A stretch of DNA of 45,934 bases from Betaproteobacteria bacterium (GTDB lineage: Bacteria; Pseudomonadota; Gammaproteobacteria; Burkholderiales; SG8-41), in contig CANHZX010000002.1 in NCBI GenBank assembly GCA_947465215.1, positions 1 through 45,934 on the forward strand. Reading direction: 5' to 3'. A program made the position numbers and the translations under genes. The notes under the pieces were generated by a model. That model had not been told where the DNA came from, did no database searches, and saw nothing but the letters and a program-made list of their open reading frames with translations. Positions 8,598 to 15,985 of this stretch are shown here, one piece after another. Every line of letters begins with the position of its first letter. Position 1 is the first letter of the stretch.

Positions 8598-9204
8598 CCG
8601 GCGCCTGCGCCCTCTCGCCGGCATTGCCGGCCTGGCGCTGATGCTGCTCATTAATGGCGCCGCCCATGCAGAAAAAGCCGATCGTGAAAAGCCGATCAAT
8701 CTGGAAGCGGACAAGGTTTCCGTCGACGACGCCAAACAAATCTCGAATTTCGAAGGTCGCGTGGTGCTGACCCAAGGCACGCTGACTATCCGCGGCGACC
8801 GCATGGAAGTGCGACAGGACAGCCAGGGCTTCAAAACCGGCACCACCTGGGGAAATCTGGCCTATTTCCGTCAGAAGCGCGAAGGTTATGATGAATACAT
8901 TGAAGGCTGGGCTGAGCGCATTGAATACGACAGCCGCGCCGACAAAATGCAGATGTTCAACCGCGCATCGATGAAAAAGGGCAGCGACGAAGTACGCGGC
9001 AATTACATCTCTTACGATGCCAATACCGAGTTTTTCCAGGTCACCGGCGGCGGCAAGCAGGCCAGCCCGGACAACAGCGGCCGCGTGCGTGCCGTACTGC
9101 AACCCAAACCCAAGGAAAAGCCTGAAGCACAACCGCCGGTACCGCTGAAATCCTCGGCTGAAGTCAATGCGCCGCGGGATGTCACGCCAGACCAGGCGCG
9201 CTGA
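8566..9204 (+). CDS. lptA: LPS transport periplasmic protein LptA
   Basis: The signal peptide ends in AAHA. An OstA-like motif follows ([13 protein letters not shown]...[10 protein letters not shown] pattern). The start is taken at the ATG at 8566, overlapping the lptC 3' end. Confidence 0.85.
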   Translation: MTRHVQKNAADRRLRPLAGIAGLALMLLINGAAHAEKADREKPINLEADKVSVDDAKQISNFEGRVVLTQGTLTIRGDRMEVRQDSQGFKTGTTWGNLAYFRQKREGYDEYIEGWAERIEYDSRADKMQMFNRASMKKGSDEVRGNYISYDANTEFFQVTGGGKQASPDNSGRVRAVLQPKPKEKPEAQPPVPLKSSAEVNAPRDVTPDQAR

Positions 9205-9205
9205 T

Positions 9206-9979
9206 ATGGGCAATCTTGCACAGCCGGATCGCCCCGATGCTCCGCCGGCTGCAGGCAGCCATATACTCAAGGCCGAAGGCCTGAAAAAGCGCTATCGCGC
9301 GCGAACTGTCGTCAAAGATGTCTCGCTGGAAGTACGCAGCGGCGAAGTTATCGGGCTGCTTGGCCCGAACGGCGCCGGCAAGACCACCTGCTTTTACATG
9401 ATGGTCGGACTGGTGGCGATGGACGGCGGCGAACTCCACCTTGACGGCACGCGCCTGACGCACATGCCGATGCACAGCCGCGCTCGCCTCGGCCTGAGTT
9501 ACCTGCCGCAGGAAGCCTCGATTTTCCGCAGATTGACTGTTGCAGAAAACGTGCGTGCCATCCTTGAGCTGTATCACAGTGATGACGCGACTATCGAAGC
9601 TCGGCTCGACACGCTCCTGCAGGATCTGCACGTCGAACATCTTCGCAACAACCCCGCCATCAGCCTCTCCGGGGGCGAACGGCGCCGGGTGGAAATCGCG
9701 CGTGCCCTGGCGACGGAACCGCGATTCATCCTGCTTGACGAGCCTTTTGCCGGCGTCGATCCGATCGCCGTCATCGAAATCCAGAAAATCATCGGTTTTC
9801 TGCGCGAAAGGGGCATCGGCGTGGTGATCACCGACCACAACGTCCGTGAAACCCTGGGCATCTGCGACCGCGCCTACATCATCAATGACGGCACGGTGCT
9901 GGCCTTCGGCAAACCCGACGAGATCGTCTATAATGAGCGTGTCAGAAAGGTCTATCTCGGTGAACATTTCCGGCTTTAA
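9206..9979 (+). CDS. lptB: LPS export ABC transporter ATPase LptB
   Basis: Walker [10 protein letters not shown], signature LSGGERRR and Walker B ILLDEP. The ATG at 9206 follows the lptA TGA at 9202-9204. Confidence 0.95.
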   Translation: MGNLAQPDRPDAPPAAGSHILKAEGLKKRYRARTVVKDVSLEVRSGEVIGLLGPNGAGKTTCFYMMVGLVAMDGGELHLDGTRLTHMPMHSRARLGLSYLPQEASIFRRLTVAENVRAILELYHSDDATIEARLDTLLQDLHVEHLRNNPAISLSGGERRRVEIARALATEPRFILLDEPFAGVDPIAVIEIQKIIGFLRERGIGVVITDHNVRETLGICDRAYIINDGTVLAFGKPDEIVYNERVRKVYLGEHFRL

Positions 9980-10045
9980 GACCACAGGGCGCCGCTAGCG
10001 CACAATTACCTGTCCGGGACGCGATTTCCCCCCATCCGGCCCTGC

Positions 10046-11488
10046 ATGAAACATTCCTTACAGCTCAGACTCTCGCAACACCTGACATTGACGCCGCAAT
10101 TGCAGCAGTCGATCAGGCTGCTGCAACTGTCGACGCTTGAGCTCAACCAGGAAATCGAACGTCTGCTACAGGACAATCCGCTGCTCGAAAGAATCGACGG
10201 CGCGTCCGACCCATCATCGCCGCAACGTGAGACGCCGCAATCCGAAAATGCCGAAATGCCCGAGGCAGCGGCCGACAACAGCGTCCAGGAGCCGGCGTCC
10301 GGCGCCGAAGAATCCGCTTCATTCGATGTCGAAGACGGCCCGTCCTACAACAGTATCAGTAGTAACGACAACGAAGATGATGACTACGCGCCGCTGGTCG
10401 AACAGCCGCCGAGTCTGAGCGCACACCTGACGGCACAGTTGTCGCTGCTCCACCTTTCGGAGCGCGACAAGCGCCTGGTTAGCCTGCTGATTGATTCTTT
10501 GAACGACGACGGGTACCTGCCGCAGAGCCTTGAAGAGATCGGCGAGATGCTGCCGCAGGAACTCGATGTCGACCAGGACGACCTGGCCATCGCTTTACAG
10601 CACCTGCAGCACCTTGAGCCGGTGGGTGTCGGCGCACGCAACCTGGCCGAATGTCTGTCGCTCCAGCTTGCTGCCATGCCGGACGACACGCCGCAGCGCG
10701 ACGCAGCACTGGAAATCGTCAGGCATCACCTGGATGTGCTGGCTGCGCGCGACTTCACGCGCCTCAAGCGCACGCTCAAATGCGACGACGACTGCCTGCG
10801 TGTCGTGCAAAAACTGATCACCAGCCTCAACCCCAAGCCGGGCCGCGATTTCTCCTCCGAGGAAACGCGGTTTGTCATCGCCGACGTCATCGTGCGCAAA
10901 ACCAAGGGCCTGTGGCTCGCAACCCTCAACCCCGACGCCATGCCGCGGCTGCGGGTCAACCGCATGTATGCCGACATCCTGCAGCGCAACCGTGGCGGCA
11001 GCGCACAACAGCTGAACTCCCAGCTGCAGGAAGCCAAGTGGCTGATCAAGAACGTGCAGCAGCGTTTCGAAACCATCCTTCGCGTGTCCCAGGCCATTGT
11101 CGACCGCCAGCGCAACTTCCTGGAACACGGTGAAGTCGCAATGCGACCGCTGGTTCTGCGGGAGATCGCGGAAACGCTGACACTGCATGAATCAACAGTG
11201 TCGCGGGTGACCACACAGAAATTCATGCACACGCCACGCGGCATTTTCGAGCTGAAATATTTTTTCGGCAGCCATGTCGCCACCGAAGCCGGCGGCGCGG
11301 CATCCAGCACCGCCATCCGCGCACTGATTAAACAGCTGGTCAGCGCAGAAAACACCCGGTCGCCGCTCAGCGACGGCCAGATTTCGGAATTGCTCGGCCA
11401 GCAGGGTATAGTGGTGGCGAGGCGCACCATTGCAAAATACCGTGAATCGATGCAAATCCTCCCGGTGAATCTCAGAAAAACGCTTTAA
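10046..11488 (+). CDS. rpoN: RNA polymerase sigma-54 factor RpoN
   Basis: Gln/Leu-rich region I ([13 protein letters not shown]), an acidic region II, and a C-terminal RpoN box ([14 protein letters not shown]). Confidence 0.97.
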   Translation: MKHSLQLRLSQHLTLTPQLQQSIRLLQLSTLELNQEIERLLQDNPLLERIDGASDPSSPQRETPQSENAEMPEAAADNSVQEPASGAEESASFDVEDGPSYNSISSNDNEDDDYAPLVEQPPSLSAHLTAQLSLLHLSERDKRLVSLLIDSLNDDGYLPQSLEEIGEMLPQELDVDQDDLAIALQHLQHLEPVGVGARNLAECLSLQLAAMPDDTPQRDAALEIVRHHLDVLAARDFTRLKRTLKCDDDCLRVVQKLITSLNPKPGRDFSSEETRFVIADVIVRKTKGLWLATLNPDAMPRLRVNRMYADILQRNRGGSAQQLNSQLQEAKWLIKNVQQRFETILRVSQAIVDRQRNFLEHGEVAMRPLVLREIAETLTLHESTVSRVTTQKFMHTPRGIFELKYFFGSHVATEAGGAASSTAIRALIKQLVSAENTRSPLSDGQISELLGQQGIVVARRTIAKYRESMQILPVNLRKTL

Positions 11489-11501
11489 ACAAGGAGAAGC
11501 C

Positions 11502-11831
11502 ATGAACCTGCACCTGACGGGCCACCACCTCCAGATCACTCCTGCGATCCGCGAGCATGTCGCGCACAAACTGGAAAAGATCACCGCCCACTTCGATCAC
11601 GTTATCGACATCAGCGTCATCATGACAGTGGAAAAACTCCAGCATAAAGTCGAAGGAAAGATGCACCTGAGCGGCAAGGAAATTTTCTGCGAAGCCCACA
11701 GCGAGGACATGTATGTCGCCATCGACCATCTCGTCGGCAAACTGGACCGCGCGGTGATCAAGCACAAGGAAAAGAACCTCTCCCATCGTCACGACGGCGC
11801 GCCGATAAAACACCGCGCAGTCGAAGAGTAA
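11502..11831 (+). CDS. hpf: Ribosome hibernation promoting factor (short HPF / sigma54 modulation protein)
   Basis: 109 aa. The N-terminus is MNLHLTGHHLQITPAIREHV, typical of HPF/YfiA. It lies immediately downstream of rpoN. Confidence 0.9.
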   Translation: MNLHLTGHHLQITPAIREHVAHKLEKITAHFDHVIDISVIMTVEKLQHKVEGKMHLSGKEIFCEAHSEDMYVAIDHLVGKLDRAVIKHKEKNLSHRHDGAPIKHRAVEE

Positions 11832-11864
11832 AACCGTCTCACTGAATCGCGACTCCCGCACGCC

Positions 11865-12350
11865 ATGAACCTGATTGCCAAGCTGCTGCCCGCCTCGAAC
11901 ATCCTGCTGGACACCGACCTCACCAGCAAAAAACGGGTTTTTGAGCAGGCCGGCCTGCTGTTTGAAAACAACCAGCAGGTCGCGCGCAACGTGGTCTTCG
12001 ACAGCCTGTTCGCGCGTGAAAAACTCGGCTCCACCGGTCTGGGCCAGGGTGTCGCGATTCCGCACGGCCGCATCAAGGGACTCAAGGCAGCTGCGGGGGC
12101 GATCATCCGCATGCAGAACCCGATCCCGTTTGATGCACCGGACGGCCAGAACGTGCGGCTGGCATTCGTGCTGCTCGTTCCTGAACGCGCCACTGACGAA
12201 CATCTGCAGATCCTCTCGGAACTGGCGCAGATGTTCTGCGACAAGCCCTTCCGCGAAAAACTGTTCACGGCAGCCACGCCGGATGATTTTCTCCAGTTGA
12301 TCACACAATGGGATCCCAATGCCGCAGGTCAGCATAGCCCGGCTGTTTGA
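11865..12350 (+). CDS. ptsN: Nitrogen-PTS enzyme IIA-Ntr PtsN
   Basis: The PTS EIIA type-2 active-site region is GLGQGVAIPHGRI. It sits in the conserved rpoN-hpf-ptsN position. Confidence 0.9.
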   Translation: MNLIAKLLPASNILLDTDLTSKKRVFEQAGLLFENNQQVARNVVFDSLFAREKLGSTGLGQGVAIPHGRIKGLKAAAGAIIRMQNPIPFDAPDGQNVRLAFVLLVPERATDEHLQILSELAQMFCDKPFREKLFTAATPDDFLQLITQWDPNAAGQHSPAV

Positions 12351-13263
12351 CGACACCCGCGATAAGCTGCAGCTGACGTGGGTTGCCGGTCGCGATGGCG
12401 CCGACAAGGGCCTCGACAGCGAGTTGACCAAGGACTCGTCGAAGGGTCTGGTCGGCCACCTCAACTTCATCCATCCCAACCTGATCCAGGTGCTGGGACA
12501 GTCCGAAGTCAATCACCTGAACGGCCTTGATCCGGCCGAGTGCCGGGAACTGCTGAACCGCACAGCCACCCGCGAACTCTCCTGCTTCATCATCGCCGGA
12601 GCCAACGACATACCGCCGGCGCTGCTCGAAGTCGCCGAAGCCACCCATACACCGCTGTTTACCTCGCCGATCCCCAGCGTTGAACTGATGTGGATCCTGC
12701 GTCCGCACCTCGCGCGCACGCTGGCCGATTCCACGACAGTGCATGGCGTGTTCCTCGATGTACTCGGCGTCGGCGTGCTGATCACCGGTGACTCAGGTGT
12801 CGGCAAAAGCGAACTGGCGCTGGAACTGATCAGCCGCGGTAGCGGACTGATCGCTGACGACGTGGTCGAGCTCTATCGCGTCGGCCCGGAAAGCGTAGAA
12901 GGCCGCTGCCCGTCTTTGCTGCGCGACTTTCTTGAAGTGCGTGGCCTCGGAGTACTTAACATCCGCACGATTTTCGGTGAAGCCGCGCTGCGCCCGCGAA
13001 AAAACGTAAAGATTGTCGTCCATCTCGAAAAACCCTCGGGCTCCGATCCGACTTTCCTCGACCGCCTGCCGCTCAAACCTGGTAGCGAATTGCTGATGGA
13101 GGTCGAGATCCGCAAAGTCACGATCCCGGTAGCAGCCGGCCGCAACCTCGCCGTGCTGACCGAAGCTGCAGTGCGCAACCATGTGCTGCAGATGCGCGGC
13201 ATCGACAGCACCCGGGAGTTCGTCGAACGGCAGTCGCAGGCAATGCAGAACCAAGACGACTGA
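12319..13263 (+). CDS. hprK: HPr kinase/phosphorylase
   Basis: P-loop GDSGVGKSELALELI plus the HprK signature LLEVRGLGVLNIRTIFG. It overlaps the ptsN 3' end by 32 nt. Confidence 0.9.
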   Translation: MPQVSIARLFDDTRDKLQLTWVAGRDGADKGLDSELTKDSSKGLVGHLNFIHPNLIQVLGQSEVNHLNGLDPAECRELLNRTATRELSCFIIAGANDIPPALLEVAEATHTPLFTSPIPSVELMWILRPHLARTLADSTTVHGVFLDVLGVGVLITGDSGVGKSELALELISRGSGLIADDVVELYRVGPESVEGRCPSLLRDFLEVRGLGVLNIRTIFGEAALRPRKNVKIVVHLEKPSGSDPTFLDRLPLKPGSELLMEVEIRKVTIPVAAGRNLAVLTEAAVRNHVLQMRGIDSTREFVERQSQAMQNQDD

Positions 13264-13277
13264 ACGGCGCTGATGCG

Positions 13278-14117
13278 ATGCAACTGATCCTGATCACCGG
13301 GCTTTCCGGTTCCGGCAAAAGCGTGGCACTGGCGGTCATGGAAGACGCCGGCTTCTACTGCGTCGACAATCTGCCGGTGAACATGGTCAGCTCGTTGGTT
13401 GAAACACTGCGCAACTCCGGCACTGAACGCGTCGCACTGACCATTGATGTGCGCACCGGCGAAGCCATCACAGGACTGCCCGATCTGGTGACGCGCCTGC
13501 GCGAAGACGGCGTTGAAGTACGCGTGATGTTCCTCGAAGCCAAGTCCGAAACGCTGATCAAACGCTACTCCGAGACCCGCCGCCGCCACCCGCTGTCGGC
13601 GACCGGGCTGACGCTGCCGGAATGCATCGCCCGAGAAAAGGAACTGGTCGCCGGCATTTCCGATATGGCCCACCACATCGATACCAGTGACCTTGCCCCC
13701 AACACGCTGCGCAGCTGGATCAAGGATTTCGCCGCGGCGCCGGTGGCTGGCCTGACCCTGCTGTTTGAATCCTTCGGCTTCAAGCACGGCATCCCGCTCG
13801 ATGCGGACTTCGTGTTCGATGTGCGCTGCCTACCCAATCCCCATTACGACCCACAGCTACGTCCGCTGACCGGCTGCGATGAACCGGTTGCCGCATTCCT
13901 GCGCGCGACTCCTGATGCGATGCGCATGCTGGAAGACATCAGCCGCTTCATCAGCGACTGGCTGCCGGCCTTCGAACGCGATAACCGCAGTTATCTGACC
14001 GTGGCCGTCGGCTGCACCGGCGGCCGTCACCGTTCGGTGTTTTTCGTAGAAACCCTGTCTGCGCGCTTCCGCGACCGCACCCGCACGCTCGCTCGCCACC
14101 GCGAACTCGGCGCATGA
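13278..14117 (+). CDS. rapZ: RNase adapter / nucleotide-binding protein RapZ (YhbJ)
   Basis: N-terminal Walker A GLSGSGKSVAL and a C-terminal GCTGGRHRSV motif. Confidence 0.92.
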   Translation: MQLILITGLSGSGKSVALAVMEDAGFYCVDNLPVNMVSSLVETLRNSGTERVALTIDVRTGEAITGLPDLVTRLREDGVEVRVMFLEAKSETLIKRYSETRRRHPLSATGLTLPECIAREKELVAGISDMAHHIDTSDLAPNTLRSWIKDFAAAPVAGLTLLFESFGFKHGIPLDADFVFDVRCLPNPHYDPQLRPLTGCDEPVAAFLRATPDAMRMLEDISRFISDWLPAFERDNRSYLTVAVGCTGGRHRSVFFVETLSARFRDRTRTLARHRELGA

Positions 14118-14719
14118 GTGACGTTCGCGAAGTACCGCTGTTTCCCCTGGGCACGGTGCTGTTCCCGGGCGGTCTGCTGCCGCTGAAAGTCTTCGAGCAG
14201 CGTTATGTCGACATGACCAAGGCCTGCCTACGCGACAGCACGCCGTTCGGTGTCTGCCTGATCCGCGAAGGCCAGGAGATCGGCCAGCCGGCGACACCGC
14301 AATCCACAGGCTGTCTTGCGACTATTGAGCAGTGGGATGTGCCGCACCCGAATCTGTTCACGCTGATTGCCCGCGGCGGGGAACGCTTTCGCGTTCTCGA
14401 CACCACCGTCAACCGCAGCGGACTGATCATCGGCAAAATTGAAATGCTGCCGCAGGCAACGGCAACCGCTGAAATGGAGGCCGCCTGCGAAGAAGTGTTG
14501 CGCCTGGCAATCAAACGCGCCGGCGCCGACAGCGTCCCAGGCCCCATCCAGCTCGACAATCCGGTGTGGGTCAGCTACCGGCTCGCCGAAATCCTGCCGA
14601 TTACACCGCAAGAAAAACAGGGGCTGCTGGAAATGGATGACACCGACGCGCGCATGGCCCGGCTGCGGGAACTGCTGCTGACCCACGGCATCATCGAAAA
14701 AGTCATCAAAAACAAATAG
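14114..14719 (+). CDS. LON substrate-binding (Lon N-terminal/PUA-like) domain protein
   Basis: The N-terminus PLFPLGTVLFPGGLLPLKVFEQRY is the typical LON N-domain opening. Its ATG overlaps the rapZ TGA in an ATGA. Confidence 0.8.
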   Translation: MSDVREVPLFPLGTVLFPGGLLPLKVFEQRYVDMTKACLRDSTPFGVCLIREGQEIGQPATPQSTGCLATIEQWDVPHPNLFTLIARGGERFRVLDTTVNRSGLIIGKIEMLPQATATAEMEAACEEVLRLAIKRAGADSVPGPIQLDNPVWVSYRLAEILPITPQEKQGLLEMDDTDARMARLRELLLTHGIIEKVIKNK

Positions 14720-14742
14720 TTGCAGAAAACCCGCGACTGAGG

Positions 14743-15822
14743 TCAGCGCTTGCGGGAGCGCGCAGCCAGTTGCTCCAGGATATCGCGCACCGGCGTCGGA
14801 ATCGCTGCCCCGCAGGCTTCTTCGAGCGACAACCAGATCAGGCCGGGCTCGGAAACACGCGGTGGCCAGGCTTTGACCATTGCCGGTTGCGGCAGGATAT
14901 CCAGGTGGTAATGCGTGAAACCATGCGCAATCACCGGCAGCGCCTCGCGCAGCTCCACGCGCGCGCCATAACGCTGCGCACAGACCGCAACGGCATCCGC
15001 ATCCGCATCCGTTTCCGGAAAACACCACAACCCACCCCAGATGCCGGATGACGGTCTTTTCTCCAGCATCACTTCGCCCGCGCGCTGCAGCACCAGCATC
15101 TGTGTGCGCCGTTGTGGCAGTGCCTTGCGCGGTTTGCGCATCGGCAATTCTGCGGTGCGGCCGGTTTTGTGCGCGACACAGAGCGTCTGCACCGGACATT
15201 CGGCGCAGCGCGGGTTGCGCCGTGCACAGACCGTCGCGCCAAGATCCATCAGTCCCTGGGTATAAGCGCGCAAGCCTGTTTCCGGCAGCAGCAGTTCCGC
15301 CTGCGTCCACAACTGCGCGGCGACTGCGCTTTCACCGGGATAACCGGCAATGCCGCGCACGCGGGTCAGCACACGCTTGACGTTGCCGTCGAGAATCGCC
15401 CCGCGCTTTCCGAACGCAAATACCAGAATCGCTGCAGCCGTTGACCGGCCAATGCCCGGCAGCGCCGTCACGGCATCCATCGTATGCGGAAATTTTCCGC
15501 CGTGCTCTGCGACCATGACCTGCGCTGCACGGTGCAGATTGCGCGCACGTGAGTAGTAGCCCAGACCGCTCCACAAGGCGAGCACATCATCGGCGGGGGC
15601 GGCCGCCAAATCAGCAATGGTCGGGAAACGCTCGAGAAATCGCCGGTAATAGGGAATCACCGCCGCGACCTGCGTTTGCTGCAGCATGATTTCGGACAGC
15701 CATACCGCATAGGGGTCGCGCGTCTGTTGCCACGGCAGATCGTGGCGACCATGTATTTTTTGCCATGAAATCAGCGCGGGAGAAAATTCCGAGATAGCCT
15801 CGTCGGCATACGCACTCATCAC
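14743..15822 (-). CDS. mutY: A/G-specific adenine DNA glycosylase MutY
   Basis: HhH-GPD region LWSGLGYYSRARNLH, a 4Fe-4S loop CxxxxxxCxxCxxxxxC (CARRNPRCAECPVQTLC) and a C-terminal NUDIX-like domain. Confidence 0.92.
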   Translation of the reverse strand: MMSAYADEAISEFSPALISWQKIHGRHDLPWQQTRDPYAVWLSEIMLQQTQVAAVIPYYRRFLERFPTIADLAAAPADDVLALWSGLGYYSRARNLHRAAQVMVAEHGGKFPHTMDAVTALPGIGRSTAAAILVFAFGKRGAILDGNVKRVLTRVRGIAGYPGESAVAAQLWTQAELLLPETGLRAYTQGLMDLGATVCARRNPRCAECPVQTLCVAHKTGRTAELPMRKPRKALPQRRTQMLVLQRAGEVMLEKRPSSGIWGGLWCFPETDADADAVAVCAQRYGARVELREALPVIAHGFTHYHLDILPQPAMVKAWPPRVSEPGLIWLSLEEACGAAIPTPVRDILEQLAARSRKR

Positions 15823-15889
15823 AGCACGATCTCGAAAGAGGCCATACGGAATATCGTGCGCAAAATCATCGGTAAATAAGCGGAAGCCG

Positions 15890-15963
15890 TGGAGCGGGTG
15901 AAGGGAATCGAACCCTCGTATGCAGCTTGGGAAGCTGCCGTTCTACCATTGAACTACACCCGC
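15890..15963 (-). tRNA. tRNA-Gly (anticodon CCC)
   Basis: The reverse complement reads GCGGGTGTAGTTCAATGGTAGAACGGCAGCTTCCCAAGCTGCATACGAGGGTTCGATTCCCTTCACCCGCTCCA. It has a cloverleaf, T-loop GGTTCGATTCC, anticodon loop CTTCCCAAG and an encoded CCA. Confidence 0.93.
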
Positions 15964-15985
15964 AGGAGTCGGGATTCTACGCCAG

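Noticed and set aside
9182-9985. Long antisense ORFs mirroring real genes. Examples are 9182-9985 opposite lptB, 28207-29163 opposite yicC, 12873-13787 opposite hprK/rapZ, 14228-15310 opposite mutY/LON, 31207-32517 opposite spoT, 664-1548 opposite the kinase, and 36018-37103 opposite the sigma54 regulator.
   Set aside because: Their translations are Arg/Ala/Gly/His-rich low-complexity strings with no recognisable motifs. Each fully overlaps a gene with clear family signatures. Stop-poor antisense frames are expected in high-GC DNA.
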